A stretch of DNA of 64,000 nucleotides from contig NC_045707.1 of the NCBI RefSeq assembly GCF_009834535.1, forward strand, positions 8,060,001-8,124,000, given 5' to 3'. The notes below the pieces were generated by a model that was not told where the DNA came from, searched no databases, and saw only the letters and a program-made list of their open reading frames with translations. The DNA is from Camelus ferus. Its lineage: Eukaryota. Shown here in pieces: positions 39,201 to 48,330 of this stretch (position 1 is its first letter; the number at the start of each line of letters is the position of its first letter). A program made the position numbers and the translations under genes.

Positions 39201-39492
39201 TCGGGACTGGGGGCACACAGAGGAATTGAAGAGGGGGCAGGAAAGGGGGTTCACGTCTCCATCGTCTCCATCTCATTCCCGTTTTCCATTCTCTGGAGGC
39301 TGGTGGTTAACAGCAGAGAGGGAAGCGGCCGGGCCTCCCAGACTGTCTTCCCGGAGGCTCAAGTTTATGGAACTGTGGACGGACGGGGCGGGCAGAGCAG
39401 AACACAGGATTGGTTTCCTGCCTTAAAACATAATTTTTTTTTGTAGGATTTGTGACGGCGTCCAGTTCGGAGCTGGGATAAGGTTCCTGTAA
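8967..39492 (+). CDS. SAMM50: SAMM50, mitochondrial SAM complex Omp85/BamA-family beta-barrel subunit; 15 coding exons, 469 aa
   Basis: Exon lengths 21+111+102+88+107+131+88+129+72+87+71+68+147+142+46 sum to 1410 nt with consistent phases. Protein runs MGTVHARSLEP...VRGF...[14 protein letters not shown], with the Omp85 (V/I)RGF motif and a C-terminal beta-signal (Q-x-G-x-x-I-x-F). Confidence 0.98.
11500..12010 (-). mobile_element. L2 LINE relic (SAMM50 intron 1)
   Basis: L2 3'-end-like ctcactcatctattgcataaatatttgag followed by the typical degenerate purine-rich L2 segment. Confidence 0.55.
12924..13034 (+). CDS. SAMM50: SAMM50 exon 2
   Basis: cag|...|gtgagt; [37 protein letters not shown]. 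Confidence 0.97.
13470..13670 (+). mobile_element. L2 3' end
   Basis: agaatataagctccactgagacaggactg...gctcactgctgtgttctcagtgcttagaacagcac, ending in tgttgagtgaat. Confidence 0.65.
14079..14180 (+). CDS. SAMM50: SAMM50 exon 3 (POTRA domain); GC donor
   Basis: tag|...GAG|gcaagt; [34 protein letters not shown]. Confidence 0.95.
14962..15049 (+). CDS. SAMM50: SAMM50 exon 4
   Basis: ttccag|...|gtccgt; [29 protein letters not shown](G). Confidence 0.95.
16990..17285 (+). mobile_element. Old L1 (L1MA/MB-type) 3' UTR fragment
   Basis: Ends ...ctataaacctaaaaccgctctaaacgataaagcctactaattaaaaaaaa, resembling the L1M 3' terminus. Confidence 0.6.
17925..18031 (+). CDS. SAMM50: SAMM50 exon 5
   Basis: atag|...|gtacgg; (G)[35 protein letters not shown]. 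Confidence 0.96.
18521..18651 (+). CDS. SAMM50: SAMM50 exon 6
   Basis: cccag|...|gtaggc; [43 protein letters not shown](N). Confidence 0.96.
18887..18974 (+). CDS. SAMM50: SAMM50 exon 7
   Basis: cctag|...|gtaagt; [29 protein letters not shown]. Confidence 0.96.
21345..21473 (+). CDS. SAMM50: SAMM50 exon 8
   Basis: tgcag|...|gtaagg; [43 protein letters not shown]. Confidence 0.96.
21954..22025 (+). CDS. SAMM50: SAMM50 exon 9
   Basis: tttcag|...|gtagtg; [24 protein letters not shown]. Confidence 0.96.
22840..22926 (+). CDS. SAMM50: SAMM50 exon 10
   Basis: cacag|...|gtgagt; [29 protein letters not shown]. Confidence 0.96.
23521..23690 (+). mobile_element. tRNA-derived SINE of camelid type
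   Basis: ggggagggtacagcgcagt head, B-box gggttcaatcc, ccagtgcctccattaaaataag body, then (AATC)n/A-rich tail. Matches the recalled camel/alpaca SINE. Confidence 0.8.
25621..25691 (+). CDS. SAMM50: SAMM50 exon 11
   Basis: catag|...|gtaagt; [23 protein letters not shown](R). Confidence 0.96.
26053..26245. mobile_element. MER8-like Tigger (Tc1/mariner) MITE
   Basis: TIR-like ends ta|cagtgactcctgaac and gggtcaactg; internal tacagtcggccctc...ccgcagatt...ctgtagtattt. Confidence 0.7.
28232..28299 (+). CDS. SAMM50: SAMM50 exon 12 (VRGF motif)
   Basis: tgcag|...|gtctgt; [22 protein letters not shown](G). Confidence 0.96.
29330..30020 (-). mobile_element. L1 (L1MA/MB) ORF2-end/3' UTR relic
   Basis: ggaatcatgcggtatgtg...ttctgactggccttc, ttcagctcatttgggtaaatatcaaggag...gctggattgtatggtag. 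The 29860-30069 minus-strand ORF ([31 protein letters not shown]) resembles the L1 ORF2 C-terminus. Confidence 0.85.
32408..32554 (+). CDS. SAMM50: SAMM50 exon 13
   Basis: cctag|...|gtaaag; [48 protein letters not shown](G). Confidence 0.97.
33200..33341 (+). CDS. SAMM50: SAMM50 exon 14
   Basis: ttcag|...|gtgggt; [46 protein letters not shown](R). Confidence 0.97.
33920..34310. mobile_element. MaLR solo LTR (MLT1A/MST-like)
   Basis: ctggaggccgggaagccccgggtcaggg...tgcagatggcaccttccctctgtgtcct...ccaaaggccccacctccagatactgtcac. Confidence 0.7.
34780..34970 (+). mobile_element. MIR SINE
   Basis: ggtaagttacttaacctctctgggtctccgttttcacg...gcagtgcctggc. Confidence 0.75.
39447..39492 (+). CDS. SAMM50: SAMM50 exon 15 (coding part, to TAA)
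   Basis: T-rich tract then gtag|; [14 protein letters not shown]. Confidence 0.97.
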
Positions 39493-39580
39493 CTGATGCT
39501 GAGCGTCCTCCCGTCCCTCCAGAGGAAGCCCTGGAGCTCGGGCAGCAGTGAGTCAGTCGGTGCCACACACTTTCTCTCCA

Positions 39581-39639
39581 AATAAACACATTTCACGTGA
39601 TCCTTGACTGCGGTCCTTGTGGGAAGCCAAGTCAATAAA
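39581..39639 (+). terminator. SAMM50 polyadenylation signals (two AATAAA)
   Basis: AATAAA at 39581-39586 and 39634-39639, about 90 and 140 nt after the stop; GU-rich sequence follows the second. Confidence 0.7.
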
Positions 39640-40049
39640 TTTTAAAGACAGATACTGAGCTGCAACGTGGGTGTGGTTAGCTTTCCCCAGGCAGGGTGTC
39701 CCATGCGGCTTTTCCTGAGGACCACGTGGAGTGTACAGGGGGCCAGAGCTCGAGTCTCCTGCGTTCTTTCATGCGTACCGCCCAGTGGGGGTCCTGTCAG
39801 AGGGTCTGCAAACGCCTCGTCGTCCTGGACTCCCCCGGTCTCAGTGTTGGGTCCCACGTGTCAGAAGTGATTGGCAGAGCCCTGGGGGAGACTCAGAGAC
39901 GCAGGCCTGCTGGTTCTAGGCACATGGGCTCCAGCTCGATGCTGAGGGACTGTGTTGGCGGGTGCAGCCGTCACAGTGTCACCTAAGTGTGTGTGAGTGC
40001 TGTGGAAGAGAGAGTCCAGTGTAACGTTAGGGACACTGAAGCTGACATT

Positions 40050-40447
40050 GGTGTTAATAAAGACGAGTGAACCACAGGCCTAGCGGCCTAACCCAGCCCA
40101 GAGCGGAAACCCGGCGTCAGCAGGGCTGCACTCCTCCTGGAGGCTCCCAGGGAGGACCTGTTTCCCAGCCTTTTCCAGCTTCCAGAGGCGCCCACGTTCC
40201 TTGGCCTGGGCCTTTGCTTTATTTTCAGAGCCAGCAGCGTAGCATCTTCCTGTACCCTCTGAATACTTGCCTCTCGGTACCATCTTTTTGGCCCCTATGG
40301 TGACACTGAGCCCACCTGGACAGTCCAGGCTGCTCTTATTTTAATATCTGCAGTCTTAGTCCCCCCGGTTATATTACATAACATATTCACAGGCTCCAGG
40401 AATTAGAAAGCGGACGTCTTTAGGGGACCATTATTCTGCCTAACACA
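40050..40447. mobile_element. MaLR solo LTR (MLT1D/E-like)
   Basis: ctggaggctcccagggagga...ccttttccagcttccagaggc...acatattcacaggctccaggaattag...ccattattctgcctaacaca. Confidence 0.7.
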
Positions 40448-42068
40448 CCTGGTGTCTCTCAAAGTAATATTTCAGGGAATACGTAATTAGCCACATGAGA
40501 AAAAAGTTGAAAAGAATAAACCTCCTTTAAATTCTAAAAACGGCGCCATGTCGAGATGTCCGGGGTGCGGGCGATGCCCGGGGCCTGCCCGGGGCGCTTT
40601 GCTGTTGGGCGTCCCCCTCCCAGCTGGGCAGGGCCCACCTCGCTTGCACCCTCCCGAAGCCCGCTCCCATCCCCGCCAGGTGCACCCGGGGCTTCAGGAG
40701 CAGCGTGAATCTCAGGCCCCCCTGCTCTCAGGCACTTGAGGGCTATCACCCTCACTGCCTGCATAAACGACAGGGGTTTTTCAGGGAATGTGTAAGTAGA
40801 AACAGTTTTCCCTTTTCTAGTAGTTGGGAGCCTGGGGAAATACACTTTCCCCTCTGACTTCTTTTGTCGTTTACAGGTTCACTTTTATACATTTGGCAAA
40901 ATAAGAAACCCATGTTACAACACCGTCACGTTCAGACTGTAAGTTAAGGACAGAAAAATCCAGATAACGCAAACTTTCAGACACACTTTGAGAATTCACG
41001 TATCATGACAGTGGGAATCCCAAGAAGTCATTTTTGAAAAGGTATGTGTTTAACCAAGCAGGGCCGGCTTACCCTGGGTCCCTGGCACCAGCTCCGTAGT
41101 TAAGGTGCATTGGGTCCCTCTGTCTCCAGTGAGGGGGAGACGTGTCTCAGTGGCAGGTGCGCTCCGCAGGCTGCTCCTTCTCCAGCTGAAATGAAATCGG
41201 CGGATAGAAATCGGAACTCTGTTCCTTCTCAGTGGTATTAAGTGGGCAGATGAGCAGAAAGCCGAGAGCCCTTAACAAAGTGCTTTCCACGAAAGACCAG
41301 AAACCAGGCTGGTTCACTGGGGGAGGCGACCTTTCCCATAGCTGTCTCAGCACGTCAGAGGTCATGGAAGAGAAGCACGAAGAACCTAGCAGATTCCTTC
41401 CCAAAGTGCCGCCCTGCCTCAGCGGGTCTTTGCGTCCTGATTTTACTCCATATGCCTCTAAATACCTGAGTGCGATTAGAATGGGGTTCGGTATCTGTCG
41501 AATTGACCTTTCGCTCCACTCTGCGAGGAATGGCCCCCAGCCTTCCATGGCTTCATTCAGGTGGAGAACGCTCCCGTGTCCCTTGCGGGCAACCAACCTG
41601 CTGGCCAGCCATCTCGCGTTTGCAGCAGAGGCTGACTTTAGCAAACCTGCTTGTCACAATGCTTACGGAAGAGAAAGCCTCTGTGGTGGGTCACGTTACC
41701 TGTTATTGTGAGCTTGGGGTGGCCTCTGTCCACAAACTCTGACCTTTCACACAAGTTTCATCAGCCTGGTGCTCCCTGATCAGTGCCACCAGCCGCTTGT
41801 GTCCCCATCAGCTGTCTGTGAGTCTTTTAAGATCAGGTAGGGAACGCTGCAGTTACTGGAATGAAGGATCGGCAAGTAGGCCAGGCTGATGAAGACGTGC
41901 CATGGCCCAGCAGGCCACATGCCCCAGGGGGGGACTCCTGCAGAGGCCCTTCCCTTTGACATCTCCTCCCCTGCAGCTCCTGAGGCTAAGAATTCTCTTT
42001 AATTTGTGAATTTGCTTTTCTTTGCAAAGAGCAGAGAAACTTACCTTTAGGATAATTAGATGTGCTGA

Positions 42069-42410
42069 ATGCACTGTGTGTTGAAAGACCACAGAAGAGG
42101 AGAGGATTCCTTAGTCTGGAACAAAAACTGGAGAACTGTGTTTTCAGTAAAATGAAATGGTTAAAGTCAGGCGGCTGTACTCAAGCTCACATTTCTAGCT
42201 TCCCTCTAAAACCTGGGTCTGACAGCAGGAGGTCTCCACGCCTGCAGGGAACAGGGCTGGAGCTGGGGCGGTGGTCCTTCAGCCTCCACCCCCGGTGGCC
42301 CGGTGGCCCGGGCTCTGCTGGCTGTTGCAGCCTTCTGCCCCGTCCCTGCCTCTGGCCCATCAGACGGAGAGGCATCTGAACAAGTCTGAGGACGAGGCCA
42401 GTGTAGGGGG
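42069..42410 (+). pseudogene. Decayed orthologue of the upstream (isoform-a) PARVB first exons
   Basis: ATG 42069 gives MHCVLKDHRRGE; an adjacent frame gives RGFLSLEQK; 42255 onward gives LELGR...AGCCSLLP. These resemble the recalled N-terminus of the human PARVB long isoform. Confidence 0.5.
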
Positions 42411-42462
42411 CGAGGTCAGGGGCAGCGGTCAGAAAGTGGGCGAGCAGCAGGCCCCACGTTTG

Positions 42463-42580
42463 TTTGGGGGGATAATTTGGTTTATTTATTTGTTTATTTT
42501 TTAAATGGAGGTACTGAGGCTTGAACCCAGGACCTCATGCATTCTAGGCATACACACTGCCGGTGAGCTATGCTCCCCCC
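42463..42580 (-). mobile_element. tRNA-derived SINE of camelid type (second copy)
   Basis: Reverse complement ggggggagcatagctcacc...gaggtcctgggttcaagcctcagtacctccattt...aaataaataaacc, same family as the 23521 copy. Confidence 0.8.
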
Positions 42581-42990
42581 ATACTCTTTTTCAGATTCTT
42601 TTCCATATAGGTTTTTATAAGGTATTGAATATAGTTCCCTGTGCTGTACTGTAGGTCCTTGTTATTTATCTGTTTTATAGATAGTAGTATATATCTGTTA
42701 ATCCCGTATTCCGAATTCTTCCCCCATACCTTCCCCTTTGGTAACTGTAAGTTTGTCTTCTATGTCTGTGAGTCTGTTTCTGTTTTGTAAATAAGTTCAT
42801 TTGTGTCATTTTTTAGATTCCAGATATGAGTGATATCATACAGTATTTTTTCTTTCTCTTTCTGGCTTAATTACTTCACTTAGAATGATGATCTCCAGGT
42901 CCATCCATGTTGCTGCAAATGGCATTGTTTCATTCTTTTTTATGGCTGAGTAATATTCCATTGTATATATTGGCTGCATACATAACCACT
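42581..42990 (-). mobile_element. L1 3' region fragment lacking its terminus
   Basis: cagattcttttccatatagg...atagttccctgtgctgtac...ccatgttgctgcaaatggcatt...atggctgagtaatattccattg; closely similar to the L1 at 58020. Confidence 0.85.
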
Positions 42991-43121
42991 TACTAGACAG
43001 TTCTTAAAAGCTTATTTACAGAATCCAACATTTGAACCTCAGGAGCAATAGCTAAATATAAATTTATTTGCCTCCTTTTAATCTTTTTATTGATCTCATC
43101 AGATGATTATTATGATAACAA

Positions 43122-44556
43122 CAGTTGTCAACCTTTTTGGTCTCAGGACCCCTTACCACTGTCAAAAAGTATGGAGGACCCCAAAGACCTTTTGTTTATG
43201 TGGGTTGGTACTAATACTTACCATATTAGGAACAGAATTTTTAAAAATATTAATTCATTTAAAAATAACAAACTTATTACTTGCTGACATAAATAACATT
43301 TGTGAAAAAAAGTATTTCCAAAAAAATATACTGAAAAGAGTGGCATTGTTTTGCAATTTTGCAAATCTCTTTAGTGTCAGTTTTAAAAAACACAAGGATT
43401 GGGGGTGGGGGCAGGAGGGAAGGGGAGAAATCCAAAACAAAGTGTTCTTGCTCTGACAGAATATTTATCTTGTATACCTGGGGAAAAACCAAAAAACAAA
43501 AATTCTGTGTTGTTTGTTGCAGTTGAAGTTAAGTACGTGAAGAAAACCCATCTTCACATAGATATGCATTGGAAAAGAGGAAAACATTTTAATAGCCTTT
43601 TCAGATGTCTGTGAGTATCCTTTGATACTTCACCAAAACTCAACAAGTGATGGTTTTTGAAAGGTTAATTGCAATTTGGAATCTGAAACCTTATCAGTGA
43701 CTTTTCACACTCAGTTATGCAAAGTCCGCTGGTCCACCTGGCACTGTGACTGCGTCGTTTGCCCAGGCATGACTTTGTAACATCCTACACTGGCCATTTG
43801 GGAAATACTGATTCACAAAGTTATGCAGATCTTCCAAATACTGACATATGTCGTGATTATGCAGAATTAAAAGATCACATTCATTACTGTCACCACTGAT
43901 CTCATCAGAAAAACCTTTAAGTATTGCGAAGCTGCCAAGCTCATGATGGTGGTGGATACGAGTTTCCCCAAATTCCAATTTTCACATGAAAGCTCCCATT
44001 TTATCATTGGCAGCAAATGCTGTTAGTTGCTTTCCTTGAAGCTCACTTTATTCATTTTCAAGGAAATGTCTGCCAGATCCCCAAGTCTGAATAACCGTAG
44101 GTTGTCAGTCATCCCTTCAAGTAAGAATGATTGATGATCCATGGAAAGAGCGGCTGGTTCCCTTGCAGCCCGGCCGCTCGGCGCTTTTCCTTGAGACAGA
44201 CGTGCTATCTGTGCTTCCGAGCCAGCGTGCAGAACGTTAAAAGGGCTGGGATTTAATGAAATCGATCATTTCTGTCCCCCCAGGACATCCTCTGGTGAGC
44301 CTGGCGTTTTCGCTCCACTCCCTGGGCATGGGATACAGTGGCCACCAGCACGGTCTGGTGTCTGCCCTCCTCCGAGCTCGGGCTCCAGCACTGAGGCCCG
44401 CTGCTGCGTTTGCACGAGTGCAGACGTCACCCCGGGGACCTAAGTCACTAAGTAGCATCTTACTGTGATCATAAAAATTGTTTTGACCTCGCAGAGCCCC
44501 TGAAAACCTCCATAAAAAACGCCAGGGGCTCATGGACCACGCGATGAGAACCACTG
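43122..44556. mobile_element. hAT-Charlie (Charlie1a-like) DNA transposon, near full length
   Basis: Degenerate TIRs cagttgtcaacctttttggtctcaggacccc and ggaccacgcgatgagaaccactg. Minus-strand ORF 43715-43978 (LEDLHNFVNQYFPNGQCRMLQSHAW) resembles the Charlie/Buster transposase C-terminal region. Confidence 0.75.
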
Positions 44557-44714
44557 ATCTATCATCATCCGAAGCAAATTATGTCAGCCTGCGGAACTCC
44601 ACCCCAGGTGGAATTCCGACATTTGCACTGCGGCGGTTGTGCGAGTGCCAGTAACGTGGGGGGCGCTGTCTGCTGAGGGACAAGCCAGGAATTAATACCC
44701 CTTCTCTTATTACC

Positions 44715-44830
44715 AAAAGAATCTGAAAATACATGTATATGTATGTATATGTGTCACTGACTCTGCTGTACACCTGAAACTAACACTGTAAATCAACTAC
44801 ACGTCAATAAAAAATAAAATTTTTAAAAAT
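44715..44830 (+). mobile_element. L1 extreme 3' terminus with A-rich tail
   Basis: aaaagaatctgaaaa...ctctgctgtacacctgaaactaacactgtaaatcaactacacgtcaataaaaaataaaa. Confidence 0.8.
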
Positions 44831-46779
44831 TGGCACTCAAAACCCCTTCCTTTTATTATTAGATATAAACCTTACTCACCTCCCTGCCCTCAGATTTCCC
44901 TCCTTTGTAATAGGGCTGGTGGAACGTGTGTTGCAGGGAAGTGTACGTGGAGGGCCTGGCACTGCGGTAGGAGCTGAGGCCCACAGCCCCCGTCGGGGGT
45001 GCACAGCCCGCCTGGTGCGGGTGGGATCTGCCTTGGCTTGTCCGTACCGTCCCGGGGATGGTGTTAGTTAAGGAGACGTTTCGGTCTTTCTGGTGTGGGT
45101 ATCATCTGGCAGTGCTGTGGAGAGCGAAGATTGCTTTAAATGTGGAATGAAACACAGGCATGTTTTCCATTTACACTCACCCATTGTGGTCTGAGACGTG
45201 AACTGCAGGAGGCTGTCTCCACACCCTTTACTGGGGTCAAACCAGCCGCCTTTAAGAACGAATGCCAGAGTGGGGCTCACGGTCATCCCGAACAACTCGT
45301 CCTCGCTCCTGGTTGTGAGTCGATACGTGGCGTTTTCCTGACAAGTAAACGACTGGATTCCTTTGCCAAATCATTAGATAACGTTAAAGAACAAAGCACG
45401 TTCGTGCAGAAGGAGATGCGGCATTATCCTGCTAGGAAACTGAACAGTAAGTATTTCTGAGAAGAATGCATATCCTATGAATTTGGATCAACTGCGAAAA
45501 TTACAGCCTCTCCAGCTCCCACCTCCCCCATCTTTTCCATCAGTTTCTAACAGAGGACACACTTTCCTACGACATCTGTCACGAGGTAGACGTGCTGGTC
45601 AATTAAAATATTCTGACTCTGCTTGGTTGAGATCATAGCCAGCCTGAAGCCATCCATCATGTGAAGTAGAAGGTGACCTGCCTAGACTGAGTCAGAGACC
45701 CCAATACAATTGCTTCCATCTTACTATCATACCCAGAAATTACTGCTCATCTAAACGTAATTTCTCTGAAATACTCAGCGGCCGGAGTTGCTGCTAGTAA
45801 TATTAGGATTCAGTAAAGAGATGGTGGTATGAATTGACATTGAACATGTAGGGTGAAAACTGACGTGCTGTCCTTACCGAGAGGAAGTGTGGAAATGCAG
45901 CGGGGTGGAATTTCCTGAGCTGTGACTGTGGCCAGTAAAGGTGAAGTCAGATTCATCACTAAGCTGTCGTCCAGAGACGTTACCTAAGCTCCGCCGGGAG
46001 CCCGTTGGAACAGCCACACCTCGAATCTGACCCTTCCCACCTCCACTGCCTCGGCCCAGGGCTGAGCCCCGTTTCCTGTCTGTCTGAAAACAGCCTCCTC
46101 CCGGCTCTCCCGGGTGTGGAAACAGGAAACTGTGTCTCCCAGTGGGAAAGCACGTGTTCAGGAGTCAGGCCTGGAAGCCCCACTGCTTTGTTCCTTTACT
46201 CATTCACTCAACACACACACATGCGCACGCGCTGCGCGCTCGGCGCTGGGCCGGGGGCAGGCACAGTGCAGGTGCCTCCTCCCCTGTAATTTCAGAGTAA
46301 ACTTTGGCCTCCTCTCTTATCCCCAAAGGCCCCTCAGCACCTTGTGTCTGCTCATTCCTTTATCCCCTATCTTACCCCTGGTGTCCCCTTCCCACCAGTC
46401 GCTTCAAACAACCTTTAGCTGCAGCTGTTGGTCCTTGTTTCAGCAGGGCCTGCCCCTCCCCCTCCTTCAGAGCCAGCTCCTCCTCAGCCCAGTGGTCGCC
46501 TCCTGGGGGGAGACTGGGCTGCCTCTCCAGTGAGTCTCAGAGACCCAGCAGGGTGCTGGGGGGATGTATTGATCCTGGCCTGGGGTGTCAGAAAAGGCAT
46601 CTCTGAAGAAGGGACCCTTACGCTGAGACATGAAGAACAATCAGAAGTAGGCTAGCAGGTGAGAAGGTGAAGGGAACAGCATGCTAGGAAGAGGAACAGC
46701 CAATACAAAGGCCTCATGTGGAGAGTAGCTGGAGTTCTCCCAGGAATTGAAAGAGGGTCAAGGTTCCCCAGAGAATCAA

Positions 46780-47200
46780 AATCGATAGGAGAGCTCTGCA
46801 TATAAAAGGAGATTTAACATAAGGAATTGGCTCAGTTTAGAGGCTGAGAAGTCTCATGACCTGCTGTCTGCAAGCTGGAGACTCAGGAAAGCTGGTGGTA
46901 AAACTCAGTCCAAGTCCAAGGGCCCGAGAACCAGGGGAGCCCATGGTGTCAATCCCAGCTGGAGGGAGGGAGAAGATGAGATGTGATGTCCCAGCTCAGC
47001 AGTGAAGTAGGAAAAAAGGGCAGATTCCTTCTCCTGAGTTGTTTCATTCAGATCCTTAATGCGTTGGGTGATGCCCACAGTGGAGTCTCTCTCTCTATTT
47101 TTTTATCTATCAATCTAATCTGCATATCCATGTAGGAGGTTTTACATATATATATGGTGACATATGAATAGCATCGCCCTCTGGAAACCCCCTGCTGACA
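46780..47200. mobile_element. ERVL-type solo LTR (MLT2-like)
   Basis: aaggaattggctca...gaggctgagaagtctcatgacctgctgtctgcaagctggagactcaggaaagctggtgg. Confidence 0.7.
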
Positions 47201-47819
47201 CCCAGTCCTTCCCAGTCCTGGGGCTCCAAGACGCCAGAGCTAGAGAAGAAACTATCTTTCTGCATGTCATTCTCTTGTCAGAGAAAATAAGCAAATAAGT
47301 CCCACCTTTTCTGGGCTTGAGAAACCAAAAAAAAAAAAAAAAAAAAAAATCCGACTAGGTGATGGCTGTGGATGGCAACATTAGTCACCAAGTGGCAGAG
47401 CCAAAGGCACAGAAAAGGGCAAACGCATCTAGTGGCTGGAACGCCCCCTGCTGGCTGCAGGTGCCCGGGACCAAACAACAGCCTCTTATATTTGCTGAGT
47501 GAAGTCCTGGGGGTGCCCCCTCCACCCCTGTCTGAGCTTGGGCTCCCCTCGGTGACCCCTCCGTGAGCTCACATTGCTCCTGCCTCCTGACGAAGCCAGG
47601 ATAGGCAGGGGGGTTAAGCACCTGAAATACATTTTAAGGGAAATTAAGAACCATCGATCCAAAAGGATTCTAAAAATATCTAAAAGGTTCTTGGGGACAC
47701 TGCAGCTTACTTGTAACAGACTCCCCAACTGACCTCCTGATCACCTTTGAAAACTCTGAAAATCTTTAGTCTGCAATAAAGGTGGAAAAAATAAACAGCT
47801 CTTTAAAAATAAACGATTT

Positions 47820-48330
47820 TTTTTTTTAAAAGAAACTTTCCATTTTACACTTTTAGATTTACAGAAACATTTTGAAAATAGTGCAGGGAGTTCCCATACA
47901 CCCCACACCCAGTTTCCCTTAATAGTAAGACTTTACATTTGTTCCAATTAATGGACCAATGTGAACACCTGGTTATTACCCCGTCTATTCTCAGATTTCC
48001 TTAGTTTTCAGCTGACAACCTTTCTGGTCCAGGACCCCACATTACATCTGTCGTCCTGTCTCCTTAGCTCCTCTGGCTGTGACGCCTCCTCAGGCCTTCC
48101 TTGTTCTTGATGACCGTGACAGCTTTGAGGAGGACTGGCCTGGCTGTGGAGAATCAACCGGAGTTTGTCTGGCGTTTTTCTCATAATTAGCCTGGAGTTA
48201 CGGGTGCTGAGAAGGGAAGAGCACAAAAGCGAAGTGTATTGTCGCCCCATCACAGCAGGGCACGTGCCTGTCCACGTGACTCATCGCTGTGACGTCGGCC
48301 TTGGTCACTTGGCCGAGGTGTCAGGAGGTT
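47820..48330 (-). mobile_element. L1MC-type 3' end relic
   Basis: tttagatttacagaaacattttgaaaatagtgcagggagttcccatacaccccacacccagtttccc...ccttggtcacttggccgaggtg. Confidence 0.7.
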
